Positions 1 through 14,838 of a stretch of DNA of 64,000 bases are shown piece after piece; the first letter of the stretch is position 1, and each line of letters starts with the position of its first letter. The position numbers were made by a program, and so were the translations under genes. The notes below the pieces were generated by a model that did not search any database, was not told where the DNA came from, and saw only the letters and a program-made list of their open reading frames with translations. Where the stretch lies: assembly GCF_009914755.1 (NCBI RefSeq), contig NC_060926.1. One strand, written 5' to 3'. Source of the DNA: the human T2T-CHM13v2.0 reference genome, Homo sapiens.

Positions 1-2944
1 AAATAGGAAATGAGGCTAGTGTAATTCAGAAGTCATGTTGGTCATACATGATTTTTCTCAGATTATTAATGCTTTATATTCCAAAGCATTGTCAGCTGAA
101 TACAGCCAGCTATGGAAGATCATGGAATATAGAATTCATAGCCTAACTAAGTTAGGGGAAACATCATGCCATAAACAGTTTCGCCATGTACCTTGTCTCG
201 GAAGTCCTTATTGTGTGGCTTTCTCTGATTTAGGGGTGTTTTGCTTTTATCTCCTCAAGTCAGTAGCTTCAGTCCTTAATTTTATGCCCTCCATCAAGCT
301 AGCCTCTCTCTTTCTGTTTCTTTTATTGTAGTAAAATATTCATTTTTCCCCTGTGTTCACAGTATCTTTTAAATCAGAAAATTAAATAGATTTTTTAAAC
401 TGAGAATATTTTATTAGGTTTATTATTTTTGTTGGTGTTTTTGTTAGAAAGTTGCTTAAGTTCTGAATGGTCTTCTCCTAAGCCTGTTTTACCTAGAAGT
501 CCTGTGATTTTGAACAGTACATGTATTTTCTGAAATACTGCTTACAGCAGAAGAGCCTGTATTTCATTTTCTTGATGAATGTTAATACAGCTGTTTATAA
601 CTGGCCAATTCCAGGGCTTGTCCTAGCAAGTTAAACTAAGATTTGAGCAGAATCATTGGTAAAGTGCATAGTGGGTTACCAGAGCAGCCCTGAGACTTGC
701 TGACATTTTTGTAGGTTTATTAGTGTGAAAGTTCAGAAGTCTCACAGCGTATCAGTTTTAGTGCAATGCTCTTATTCCTCAGTCCTCTCCCATTTCCAAC
801 AAATGAGAAACCATAAAATGCTGCCTAAAGCATATAATGGTGAATTTTATGAATTTTCTTGAAATCATTAGAAATAATTTTTGATGTTAAGAATGTAGTT
901 GCTGAAACACACTGAAGCCCCTTTCTAAACCTTGTTCAGCTACATAAGAATTTTGAGTTTTCAGATAGGATTTTATTTCCTGCTCTCTCCCCTACCCCCA
1001 ACCAGTGCTCAAGACTCTTGTTCTGTCCTCAGACACTTCTGCTTATGGCTAATTGGGCAAAGCAGTTACATGGATGTGATCTTATGGGTGCGATTTCAAC
1101 TCAATAAGCATATATCGAACACCTACTACATGTGGAGAACTCTGCTAATGAGATACGATGCTAACTCCCAAATCAGAAATTGGTGTATGACCAGAGATCT
1201 AGAGGCAATGCCTCAATGCAAGACAGCAACCAGAATGGAATAAGGATTCAAGTATTCTTTAAGTGTCCCTTAAATCCCTTAAGGGACCAACCCTGATATT
1301 TTGCTGGAATGCCTTTTTTTTTGCTGTGGTGTCTGCAGACAAGCTGGGAGCTGAGAGAAGGGTCAGAGAGTGATGGGCATCCATACCTCAGAAGCTACCT
1401 TATTTTGTAACTTGTCTTATCCATGACATTAGTTTAATGACATGTGTGTGTTATGTGTTCCATTACTTCACAAAAGACCACAAATCCTTAAGTGACCTCA
1501 ATAACTAAATTTCTGTATGTCACAAAGCCACAAAACCAGCTTGGAATAGTGAAATTCCCATGAAATTGAATTGATCCTCAAATTATTGCTTAAATGAAAG
1601 GACAGTAGAAACTTAAGAGCATATTAATGCCAATGGGAATTGCTCAGCTAATGCTGTGCAAGACCAGTTGAGAAGCACACTAGGCATGCTACAAAAAAGC
1701 CATTATGCTCATCTTTTCAGAGATGCATGGTTTGTTTTATTCTTAAAACATTTGAGGTTTAAAGTTTTTATACTGTGCTTTATAAATAGAACTGTAATGA
1801 GGCTGAAAACCAAAATAGTTCTCACCACTGGGCAGAGAAAGAGAAAGAGGAAGCGGTAGCTGAATGGTGCCCATTTGAATTCCTTTTTCTAAAAATCCAA
1901 TTTAATTTTTTTATCAGTTGTCTCATTAACCATAAGATTTAGAAAATCAAATGCTACTGGAGTAAAATAAGAGTGACAATGCAAAATAATTTTAAACAGC
2001 TTATTTTTATGTTGGTTTCCTCTTAAACATTTTAAAATTAAAATGTTCTTACATCATAAAAACTATTTTGCAATATGTATGTGATTTATCCCTAAGTTGG
2101 AATCCACCTGTTTTAAATGTATACTGAGCTTTTATTTATGCTTTGAAAATATAGTAAATAAGAAGCATAAATGTTTCTGATATTATGTTTTGTCATCTCC
2201 AGCTAAGAAGATTGAAATCCCGAGAAACAATTTTCTGAAGAAATGAAATCATATGCCCTCCTGAACTCTTTGGGGGAAAATAGCCTCTCTGTTTGCTCAG
2301 AATATGAAACAGTAAAACAGTACAAGTAAAACAGTCAGCCTTGCCATGCCATGTCACAGTTCTATTTGTAGCGTTTGAAATGACATTTAAAAAGATCTTC
2401 TGGGACTTTACTTATTTATTTATTTAAGAACTAACTAGTACGAATAATATTTGCACAATCTTGCCGATGTAAGATTTTTCAAATCAGATGTATTTATTTT
2501 CTGGGAAACTTGGGAGATTGCTTTGAAGCCTTTGTGTTGCATAACTTCACAGAGAATATGTGAAAAGGAGATTTTGGAAGTGCTCTTTACAGTGGTAACA
2601 TTTCTGAAAATATTAAGGGCATCCTCCAATGTCTTTATTTCCTCGGCACTTGGAGGATCTTCAGTAGACTCATTGGTCTCATAAGGTGGGCAAAAGAATG
2701 TCGAGGATGAAAACTTACTAAAAGGCAAAAAAAAAAACCCTGTTTATATTTTAATTACTATGTTTTTCAAAGAAAAAATAAGCACATTTAGAGTAAAGAA
2801 TTTCAGTATATTGTCACTTCTCATCCCTTGGGTGATAAATGTTTCCCTTGGGCTAGATGATGGTCCAGATAATTCAGTGTTGTTGAGGTTGGAAGTGAAG
2901 ATTCTATAAAAATCAAACCTGATTTGTTTTACAAGTTTGCATAA

Positions 2945-3289
<345 letters not shown>

Positions 3290-3519
3290 TAACATCTTGA
3301 ATTTAGGGAGAAGAGGTTTTCCTTCTCCTCATTTATGAATGTGATTAGATAAATCATATAAATAAGATGTTATATTTTACTTTACAGTTAAACTATACTG
3401 TATTATAAAATTATAACAGTACACAACTGAGCAAAACCACCTGTCAGTGGCAGTTTGTAAATAATGACAGAAAAATCTATCTTCATATTTATACTCAAAT
3501 ATTATTCTTGACACCAAAT

Positions 3520-4107
3520 CGTTTTCTAAGTTTGATTGCTCACCTTAATCAACAAACTTGGCTCCAAATATTTGGGTCATCTCAGAAGTTAAGACTGGTC
3601 TCCAATGATAAAGATTTGGTAGCGCTGAGAATATTCAGAGAAATAGGTGGTAAGCTGTGAAGGCCATCCCCAAAATGGAGTTCCAATGTCTCTTTCAGAA
3701 ATGGCAGCCTCATGGAGGTAAGTGGACAGTCCTAGACTTCTGGCTTTGAAGGGAGAAGAATGCACTTTGGGTTTATTAAAATTTTAAAAATTTGTGTAAA
3801 TTTATGAGGTACAAGTGTAATTTTGTTACTTATACAGATTGCATAGCGGTGAAGTCAGTACTTTTATTTATCACTCAAATTATACCCATTAAGTAATTTT
3901 TTATCAGTCACCTTCCTCCAACTCCCTCATGCTTCTGAATCTCCATTTTCTGTCATTCCACACTCTATGTCTATGTGTACACATGTTTAGCTCTCAATTA
4001 CAAGTGAGAACATGGGATGTTTGTCTTTTTGTGCACACTTGGGGTTTAGACTCTAACATATATATTTAAAAATCTGTTGCTTTATTGTGGAGTTATAGCT
4101 TGTGTAT
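3520..4107 (+). mobile_element. Ancient mariner (MARNA-like) transposase remnant, interrupted by an L1M fragment
   Basis: From 3657 it translates VKAIPKMEFQCLFQKWQPH, resembling a mariner transposase C-terminus. A degenerate SPDLAP-like 'acttggctcca' lies upstream. Confidence 0.55.
3776..4033 (-). mobile_element. L1M (L1MA-like) 3' end fragment
   Basis: Typical antisense L1 3'UTR text (tttagctctcaattacaagtgagaacatgggatgtttgtc). Approximate TSD gcactttgggttta / cacttggggttta. Confidence 0.7.
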
Positions 4108-4463
4108 CATTTTGATTTAGAATGTCAAATTCTTTAAGAGCTCAGGAAACTGTTGGGGAACTGCCATGGCTTAAAGCACATAGGATCACCTAGTCCTAAC
4201 ATTTCTGGGGTCAGAGAAGAGGGACAGTCCTAAGAACTGTGGACGAAACTGAACCACTTGGCAATGTTAACTCACTGGACAATTGCTGATCACTACCTTC
4301 AGGGAAGGGTTCCCTGATCAAACTCTCTGTATATATTTACATGTTATTTTAAATAGAGATACAGAAGTTCTTGTTCACATGTTATTTTATAAAAGTTTTT
4401 TTGAATATTTTTTATGTGTGTAAATCCTTTATGATTGTATTAGTCAGAAGCCCCACCTCTCCC

Positions 4464-4755
<292 letters not shown>

Positions 4756-4979
4756 AGAACCCTTTTTGACCCCAAGGGGCAGAACTCCAACTAGCTTAAG
4801 AAACAGGAAAACATTTGGGAAGGTTACAGGTTTATCTCACGTGACCTAAACTCAGTCAAGGGAGGCATGTGGCTAAACCTTACAGAAACAGGATCTAAGC
4901 ATTCTCTCCAACTTTCAACTGTGTTTCTCTTTGTCTGTTGGGTTCAATCCCAATGGCTGTAAAGCAATGTCCTCTACAT

Positions 4980-5541
4980 CAGTGGTCCCCAACCTTTTTG
5001 GCACCAAGGACCAGTTTTGTGGAAGACAATTTTTCCATGGACCTTTGAGGGGAATGATTTCAGGATGATTCAACCACATTACATTTATTGTGCACTTTAT
5101 TTCTATTACTATTACATTGTAATATATAATGAAATAATTATACAACTCACCATAATGTAGAATCAGTGGGAGCCCTGAGCTTGTTTTCCTACAACTAGAC
5201 GGTCCCGTATGGGGCTGATGGAAAACAGTGACAGATCATCAGGCATTAGATTCTCATAAAGAGCATGTGACCTAGATCCCTCACACATGCATTCACAATA
5301 GGGTTTGTGCTTCTATAAGAATCTAATGCTGCTGCTGATCTAACAGGAGGCAGAGCTCCAGTGGTAATGCAAGTGATGGGGAGCAGCTGTAAATACAGAT
5401 GAAGCTTCACTCACTGACCTGCTGCTCACCTCCTGCTGTGTGGCCCAGTTCCTAACAGGTTCCTAACAGTTCCTAACAGGCCCAGTTCCTAACAGGCCAC
5501 GAACTAGTACTGGCCCATGGCCCAGGAGTTGGGGACCCCTG
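4980..5541 (+). mobile_element. MER1A-like hAT-Charlie non-autonomous DNA transposon
   Basis: TIRs cagtggtccccaac...gttggggacccctg. 8-bp TSD ctctacat/ctttgcat. Confidence 0.85.
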
Positions 5542-6049
5542 CTTTGCATGGTGGAGAATGCTACAACTCCTGCCACTAGATTCACCAAACTGTCATTTCC
5601 CAGTTCTAGTTCAATAAAGCCCAGACAGATACACATCTAGATCCATCAGCTGTGGCCAAAGAAGTCACACATGAACATGGCAGTTCTCATTGAGATCACA
5701 TGGTTGAAGAGGAAGGGGGTTGGGGAGAGAAGTTCTCAATAGGAGGGAGGTTTGGGGCAGAAAACATGATAACAGTTTACCATAGTTTCCAAACAGAAAT
5801 ACAAATGCCACAGGAATAGAGGTGGTAGTGTCTTAAGTGCAATGTTCTGAATGCTCAGTGCATGTTTGAGACTGACTGCTTTCCAGATAACTTTTAGGAC
5901 TTGAAAAATGTAACTGTTCTCCAACCAGATAGCAGAGTTGTGCAGCGGGAGCATGCTGAGTCTATAACAGTTCTACAGCTTATCAAATTGGTAGGAGCAG
6001 ATCTCCCACATTTCCTTGACCTCACCCCTGAATTATTTGTTATGAAATT

Positions 6050-6270
6050 GTAGTGAAGAGTATGGACTCTGGATCCAGACTTCCTGAGCTGAAATCTACC
6101 CTTCTGACTGTGCGACTTTGGGCAGGGTGCTTAACACCCTATGCCTCAGTTTTCTCATCTGTTAAGTGGAGATAGTACCTAGCTTAGAGGGACAGAAGAT
6201 TTGATGAAGATGCAATACCTGCACCTGGCAAAAAGTTAACAGCTCAATACATGTTAATTGTTATTATTAT
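6050..6270 (+). mobile_element. MIR
   Basis: MIR core tgcgactttgggcagggtgcttaac...cctcagttttctcatctgttaagtgg. Confidence 0.75.
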
Positions 6271-6950
6271 TCCCATAGTTACATAATTATAAGAAACTCT
6301 ACAGGAAAAGCATCTATTTGTCTGTATATGCTGCTCCTTATGCTGGGATGGCCCTTCTCCTGCTTTGTCAATATGCAAAGCTCCAAATGTGCTGCAGTCC
6401 CAGCTTTACCCTCTGGTTGCTCAAAGCATCCTAAAGGAAGAAAACACTGATGTGCTATTTGTTGGGTTGTTGATTCTGTTCTCCCCATGTACCATGATAA
6501 TTATGAGAGTTTAGAGCATATCTGGTTCATTTCCGTATTTTCAAAATTTAACAGACAAGAGAAGATGAATTGTTGGTGGGATGACTAAAAACATGTACAT
6601 TTCAGTTTTGTCTTGTTGGTATCTCCTCTGCCATTCTACCCAAGATTCCTTCTTTAATCCTTATCTTTTTGACATCCTAACAACCCTTCAAAGCCCAGCT
6701 CAAATGCTATATTTTTGGTTAGGCTTTCCCTGACCACCCAGCCTGGTCTCTACAATCATAGCACATTTTCCTCCCTAGTCATGTGGCATGGTCATGTATT
6801 GTAGATTAACCTAAAAATAAGTGAGATGTAGAGGTTTCATCCTTATGGTTGTAGAAATTTTATGTACTCAAATTAATGCTTCTGTTTGCTTGTAGGTAGA
6901 ATATATGTAACTAATCCTGCCTTTTAAAATATCACCTTAATGTATTTTTA

Positions 6951-7086
6951 TTATTTTATTTTATTATTTTAGAGACAGGGTCTCGCTATGTTGCCCAAGC
7001 TAGACTTGAACTCCTGGGCTCAAGCAGTCTTCCTGCTTCAGCCTCCTGAGTAGCTGGGACTATAGGCACAGGCCATAGCACCCAGC
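6951..7086 (-). mobile_element. Alu monomer (FLAM-like)
   Basis: Single arm, with clear TSD ttaatgtattttta on both sides. Confidence 0.85.
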
Positions 7087-8399
7087 TTTAATGTATTTTT
7101 AAACATAGCTCTGTGCCTTACAGCCAGCAAAGAGTTCTTTTATTTCTTAAAGTCTTATACTTAATTTTAAAACTTGTTATATTCTTGGTAAAAAGATTGA
7201 GCCTATTAAAGGATTTGTCCTATTACAAGATAAATTGGAAATTCTGTTTCCTGACTCTGCTAGATTTAATTTAATTCAAATTGTTAAGCACAGAGAAGCC
7301 AAATAATCTTAAGAAGTCAAAAGAAAATTTGCCAAAAGGAAGAAATATATTTGATTTATGCAATTTCCTAGTAGGTGTTGGGCATCAGATTAAAACAGTG
7401 AGCAATCTATGAGAAAAGCCCAGCTGCCAATTTTGGAAATGTGAATTACAACTGAGGATAGCCAATGTCTTAGGTGTCCTTAATTATGAAGAGTTATGGA
7501 TGGAAGTATTCCTGATCTTAAATTGTATAAAAGTCCTTGTTTCTCTGTACTTTTTATGATAAAGGTGGTCATTTTTTTCTAATAAGAGGCATCATATTTG
7601 ATAGAGATGAGAGGAACTTGGAATTGGTTCTAGTTCTAGCTCCAGAGTTCCTTATCTATAAAGACAGAGGAAATACTACCTGTCTTGGTAAGGATCCAAA
7701 GACATAGGATCTGAGAGTTGTGCCTGGAAGCCACAGTATCTTTCACAAACACCGTAAGTAGTAAGCGTTCATTCATGGGATATTTTATCTAAGAATTTTA
7801 AAACAATGTGTTTTGTTACATCAAAACAATTAAATAAGAAAAAAAAGGTGGAGGGGTAGATCTCTCCCAAGCACTGCTGAATTTTTCCAGGATGATTTAT
7901 TTAAAACAGAACAAAACAAAACACAACAAAATATTTTAAACTACTCTTTCTTTCTATTGGCTGGCTTCTAAATAGGTCACATGGCTAGGTCTTCAAAAGT
8001 CTAACAGAACAGGCTGACACATTTTTTAAATGCTGGCATGTCATATTTCTTTTTAGTATTTTCAATGTCAAATAATTTGCTAAGCTGGTCTTTTATCCCA
8101 GTGCTACCAGATGAATTTCTAAAACTTGTCCTTTCATCTGTTTGCATCTCCTGGCTCCCATCCCAAGACCTGTGCCATCTGTTTTTCTCTTATCAATTCC
8201 TTCCTAACCCTCTCCTCCCTTCTACCCTTCCCTCTTCACTATACTTTCCCATCAGCCTACAGACTCAAGCTTTCAAAATTTCTAAAGAATCTTTCCTCTA
8301 CTGTGCCTCTTATACACCTACCTTGTTCCCTCCTCTTCCCAGCCAAGCATCTGAAAAAGATAAGTCAGCTCCTGCTTTCTCCATTTCAGCTGCAGAGTC

Positions 8400-9300
8400 T
8401 GGCTTCTGCTTCCACTGTTTTCTTCAACTGCTCTTGCAAAAGTGCCCAGTGTCCATTGAATGCCTGCTCAATGGTCTTTCCCTACTGCTCTACTCTACTA
8501 GGCGCTGTTGACAGCCCCTCCTCCTCCTGGTCCATCTACAACTTCACTTTTTTTGAATCCAGATTATTTCTAGTTCTGGCATCCTGTCTCAGTCTTCTTT
8601 AATAGCTTGCCTTCCTCTGTCCCCCTGACCAAGTTGTTGGCATTGCTTTTGGTCCTCTTATTGCCTCCTTTATTGGAGAACTCACCCATTCCCATAGTTT
8701 TAATTGTAGTGTGTGCACCCACATATTGATAACTCCAAATTTGGTATTTCCCATACCGAGAAGGTCATAAAGAACACTCAACTCAATAATTTTGTATTTC
8801 TAACTGTCCATTTCCTTTATCACTATTAGTTACTTTTTACAAATATAATTCTAATTATGTCACCTGCCTGCATAAAATTCACTAGTAGCTCCTTGCCACA
8901 TATGGGATAAAGGTCAAAGCCCTAAACATTGCAGGGGCGTGTAAAATGCTTTCCCATTCCTATCTGAGTGTCAGTCATGGCAAATGCCAGGCTGTTCTTG
9001 AACCTCGATGTCTTGCATGACTCTAGGCCTCTACTCTCACCCTCTCCCTGATCTTGCCCTCTTTGGCTTTGATCCTTGAGTGACTCCTTATTCCTAAGGT
9101 CCAATTCAAATCTCAACTTCTCTGTGAAACTTGTTCTGATTTGCCCTTAGAGACCCTATATTATAACTGTTAATGTGTCCATCTTCTGCCAGAATGTAGG
9201 GACCCTGAGGGTAGGGATTATGTCTCACTTATCTATGGATCTCACATCCTTAACACAATCTAGCATATGTAAATGCTCAACAAATGTGTACTAATTGATG
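8400..9300 (+). mobile_element. L2 3' fragments
   Basis: Pyrimidine-rich L2-like text ending aatgctcaacaaatg. Confidence 0.55.
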
Positions 9301-10237
9301 TATACGAATTGACTAAAGCAGTTAGTGATTTGGTGAAGCATAGCCCTGACTATAATTACATTATATCAAATAAGAAAATAATATCTGAAAATATTAATGC
9401 AATCCTATATTCCCAGTATATAGTCTTCATGTTTTTGAGATTGTATCAGCAATGATGCATCTATAATGTTCATATTCGTGATGATTGTTCTTTTTCTAAA
9501 TTTTCAGGGACTTCTCCAATTTTCATCAAGAAGTTTTAGTATCAACCCCTGCATCCTTTTTCCCCACAAGTTAGCTTTTTGTTACTTTTAGCCAGGTGGA
9601 TTTGCCTGTTCCCACTGACAGTTTTGTCTATATGAGAACAGGGCCCACAACTGATACTATAACTGAATCATTTGGGAAATCAATAACTAGAAACTGTTGA
9701 GCCACTAGGAGCAGCGCTGAAGACCTGGCACATGACATAGAGAGTATTGGGCCATTAGTGTGGCTCTAGTTTTTCTGGCTAAATCACTCCCAAGTCATGA
9801 AAATTGTCTTGTTCTTAAGACTCTCCAGGAAGAAGATGTTGCTGCCTCTATCCAGACCATTTATGTATTGGTTAATCAACCAATCAATCAAGCTGTCTGT
9901 CTATCCTGCTGCCTTGTTCCACACAGGATGTAAGATAAGATTATTTGGTTCATAAATATATCAAGATAACAAACATTAGAAGTAATTTTTTAAGTCAGTG
10001 AGAAAGAGTAGGGAAAATAAAATGGAGCCAGGAATTAGGCTCATTTCAAAGTGCTTATAACAGAGGTCTAAATATTTACTAGAGGCAATATACAATATTT
10101 CTGATTTGACTCTGAGCTTTCCTGCAACTAGTGTAAAGAGGGACAATCTGATAAGCTATGAAATTCATGATATCTGTAAGTATCAGCCAAGCCAATTTTC
10201 CCACACAACTATTCTTTATACTAAGACCTGAAAGATG

Positions 10238-12868
10238 GTTTCCATTTGCTTGGTAAATCTTCCTCCATCCCTTTATTTTGAGCCTATGTGTGTCTTTGCA
10301 TGTGAGATGGGTTTCCTGAATACAGCACATCAATGAGTCTTGACTCTTTATCCAATTTGCCAGTCTGTGTCTTTTAATTGGGGCATTTAGCCCATTTAAA
10401 CTGAAGGTTAATATTGTCATGTGTGAATTTGATCCTGTCTTTATGACAGCTGGTTATTTTGCCGATTAGTTGATGCAGCTTCTTCACAGTGTCAATGCTC
10501 TTTACATTTTGGTATGTTTTTGCAGTGGCTGGTACCAGTTTTTTCCTTTCCATATTTAGTGCTTCCTTCAGGAGCTCTTGAAAGGCAGGTCTGGTGGTGA
10601 CAAAATCCCTCAGCATCTGCTTGTCTGTAAAATATTTTATTTCTCTTTCACTATGAAGCTTAGCCTGGCTGGATATGTAATTCTGGGTTGGAAATTCTTT
10701 TCTTTAAGAATGTCGAATATTGGTCCTCACTCTCTTTTGGCTTGTAGGGTTTCTGCAGAGAGATCCTCTGTTAGTCTGATGGGCTTCCCTTTGTGGGTAA
10801 CCCAACCTTTCTCTCTGGCTGCCCTTAACATTTTTCCTCCATTTCAGCCTTGGTGAATCTGACGATTATGTGTTTTGGGGGTGCTCTTCCTAAGGAGTAA
10901 CTTTGTGGTGTTCTCTGTGTTTCCTGAATTTGAATGTTGGTCTGTCTTGCTAGGTTGGGGAAGTTCTCCTGGATAATACCCTGAAGAGTGTTTTCCAACT
11001 TGGTTCCATTCTCCCCGTCACTTTCAGGTACAGCAGTCAAACGTAGGTTTGGTCTTTTCACATAGTCCCATATTTCTTGGAAGCTTTGTTCGTTCCTTTT
11101 CATTCTTTTTTTCTCTAATCTTGTCTTCATGCTTTATTTCATTAAGTTGATCTTCAATCTCTGACATCCTTTCTTCTACTTGATCGATTTGGCTATTGAT
11201 ACTTTATGCTTCACGAAGTTCTCGTGCTGTGTTTTTCAGCTCCATCAGTTCATTTATATTCTTCTCTAAACTGGTTACTCCAGTTAGCAATTCCTGTAAC
11301 CTTTTATCAAGGTTCTTAGATTCCTTGCATTGGATTAAAACATGCTCCTTTAGCTCAGAGGAGTTTGTTATTACCCACGTTCTGAAGCCTACTTCTGTCA
11401 ATTCGTCAAACTCATTCTCCTTCCAGTTTTGTTCCCTTGCTGGAGAGGAGTTGTGATCCTTTGGAAGAGAAGAAGCATTCTGATTTTTGGAATTTTCAGT
11501 CTTTTTGTGCTGGTTTTTCCTCACCTTCATGGATTTATCTACCTTTGGCCTTTGATGTTGGTGACCTTTGGATGGAGTTTTTGTGTGGTTGTCCTTTTTG
11601 TTGATATTGATGCTATTGCTCTTTGTCTGTTAGTTTTCCTTTTAACAGTCAGGCCTCTCTTCTGCAGGTCTGCTGGCATTTGCTGGAGGTCCACTCTAGA
11701 CCCTGTTTACCTGGGTGTCACCAGCAGAGGCTGCAGAACAGCAAAGATTGCTGCCTGCTCCTTACTCTGGAAGCTTCATCTCAGAGGGCCACCCACCAGA
11801 TGCCAGCCAGAGCTCTCCTGTATGAGGTGTCTGTTGACACGTGCTGGGAGGTGTCTCCCCATCAGGAGGCATGGGGGTCAGGGACCCACTTGAGGAGGCA
11901 GTCTGTCCCTTAGCAGAGCTCAAGCGCTGTGCTGGGAGATCCACTGCTCTCTTCAGAGTCAACAGGCAGGAACATTTAAGTTGGCTGAAGCTGCGCCCAG
12001 AGCCACCCCTTCCCCCAGGTGCTCTGTCCCAGGGAGATGGGAGGTTTATCTATAAGCCCCTGACTGGGGCTGCTGCCTTTCTTTCAGAGATGCCCTGTCT
12101 AGAGAGGAGGAATCTAGAGAGGCAGTCTGGCTACAGTGGCTTTGCGGCACTGCAGTGGGCTTTGCCCAGTCCGAACTTCCTGGTGGCTTTGTTTACACTG
12201 TGAAGGGAAAACAACCTACTCAAGCCTCAGTAATGGTGGACGCCCCTCCCCCCACCAAGCTGGAGAGTCCCAGGTGGACTTCAGACTGCTGTGCTGGCAG
12301 CGAAAATTTCAAGCCAGTGGATCTGAGCTTGCTGAGCTCCATGTGGGTGTGATCCGCTGAGCAAGACAACTTGGCTCTCTGGCTTTGGCCCTGTTTCCAG
12401 GGGAGTGAACGGTTCTGTCTTGCTGGTGTTCCAGGTGCCACTGGGGTATGAAAAAAAAAACTCCTGCAGCTAGCTCCATGTCTGCCCAAACAGCCACCCA
12501 GTTTTGTGCTTGAAGCCCAGGGCCCTGGTGCTGTAGGCACCTGAGGGAATCTCCTGGTCTGTGGGTTGTGAAGACCATGGGAAAAGCATAGTATCTGGGC
12601 CAGATAGCACCATCCCTCACAGAAGGGTCCCTCACAGCTTCCCTTGTCTAGGGGAGGGAGTTCCCTGACCCCTTGCGCTTCCTGGGTGAGGCAATGCCCC
12701 ACCCTGCTTCTGCTCACCCTCTGTAGGCTGTACCCACTGTCTAACCAGTCCCAATGAGATGAACGGGGTACCTCAGTTGAAGATGCAGAAATCACCTGCC
12801 TTCTGCGTTGGTCTTGCTGGGAGCTGCAGACCGGAGCTGTTCCTATTTGGACATCTTGCCTGGGAATC
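10238..12868 (-). mobile_element. L1PA (older, approx. PA7/8) 5'UTR + disrupted ORF1 + start of ORF2, 3'-truncated
   Basis: 5' end ggcaagatgtccaaataggaacagctccgg. ORF1 pieces in ORFs 11204..11530, 10825..11130 and 10374..10616. Endonuclease N-terminus in ORF 10079..10420. Confidence 0.92.
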
Positions 12869-13119
12869 CTGGTTCTTAATAATAGTAAAATTTCTAATAG
12901 TGCTTGGCAAAATCAAGCCAACCTAAGGAATGCTCATTTTACCAAAGGCATATTTCAGGATATTCGTCATTTCTTCAAAATATTGAATAAAAAAACCACT
13001 ATGGAACATTTTTACAGGATATTTTAATCACTTTAAAGTATACAAGGTAAAGAGGAGTGTTGCAGATAAAAAGGCAACTTCAATAAATGGACAAGAATGG
13101 AAGTTGTGTGATACATGAA

Positions 13120-13300
13120 ATGTTTATGGACTGAGTAATCAGATCAAGCAGTGTTCAAATCCTGCCTCTGCAGCTTACTAAGTGACCTTAGATGAGTTAC
13201 TGAACTTAGAACTTCAGCTTTCATACTTATAAGACGGAGATGAAAATCATCTATTTCAAAGAATTCTTCTAAGGACCAAATGACACTGTATATAAACTGT
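13120..13300 (+). mobile_element. MIR
   Basis: gttcaaatcctgcctctgcagcttactaagtgaccttag core. Confidence 0.65.
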
Positions 13301-14391
13301 CTTGCTGGCTATATATTATGCATTCGGTTAATTATAGTTTCTCCCATATGAAACCAGCACATCAGAGTGGCCTTCACTTATACTGCTGTACATAGACAGT
13401 TAAAATAACTACCCCTTAGGTAAATATTTCTATAAAATCTTACATATGCTATAAATTTACCTAAATTCTAATCTTTTAAATAGTGAAATTCATTCTTACC
13501 TCTATTATTAATACAAATTATCACAATTCTCGATTTGTGGAGCTTGAATTAGATCTTGCTATAATTGCTGTCACAAGACAATTCTAGACCAAACTGCTCT
13601 GACATGCATTACAGCAAACTGTATTGTGATCATTTAAAAACGTATATCAGAACCTAGGTTTAGGAAGTTATTTTAATATCCATAAGAAGCAGTCTCGATA
13701 TTAACTTAGTTGTGAAATTTCCAAAGAAATATATTAAAGGAAGATCAAAGATTATGGTGCCATATTGAGTATAACAAAGCAAGTACTTAATAGAAGACAA
13801 AATCCATTTCTCTTAATTAAAGGAATTAATGAGCTGTGTGTGTGTCTATATATGTGCCTATAAAGGGAAGGGGAGGAAATACGTAAATGCATGCAGGGAG
13901 GTTTCATACTACTCTACAAGCTGAGTGTGCTTTAAGCTGCTGCAAGAAGAAGAAATCTGAGCTTCTCAGATTCCTTCCTTCCCAACTTTTAAACCCATAT
14001 CATTCATAAAGCATTCATTCCTCTTTTCTACTTCCAGAGTAACAGAGGTCCCTATATTTTTACTGCTCAAATAAACTTTTTCTTCTTCTCAGGCTTTGAT
14101 TCTCTCTCCCTTTTGAAGCTCAACGTAAGTGAACTCTTTCCTGAGAGACTTTGCACATATGAAAATGCTCTGAATTTGGACACAACTATTAACATGAATT
14201 TAAACATTTTTCTGTAATAAAATGATTTGTTGTAGGTCATTATTTTAGATTTTAAACTTTTTTACTTTAAAAATTAGAATTGTTGAAAGTAATATACATC
14301 TTTGATATTAAATTTAGAAAATACAGAGAAAAGGGTAAGGAAAAAAAGTAACCCATATCCTACAACCAAAATATAATCAGTTAAAAGATGA

Positions 14392-14838
<447 letters not shown>

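Noticed and set aside
8038-8602. Two overlapping ~157-aa ORFs
   Set aside because: Low-complexity pyrimidine-rich DNA overlapping L2 remnants, with no recognisable protein or splice structure.
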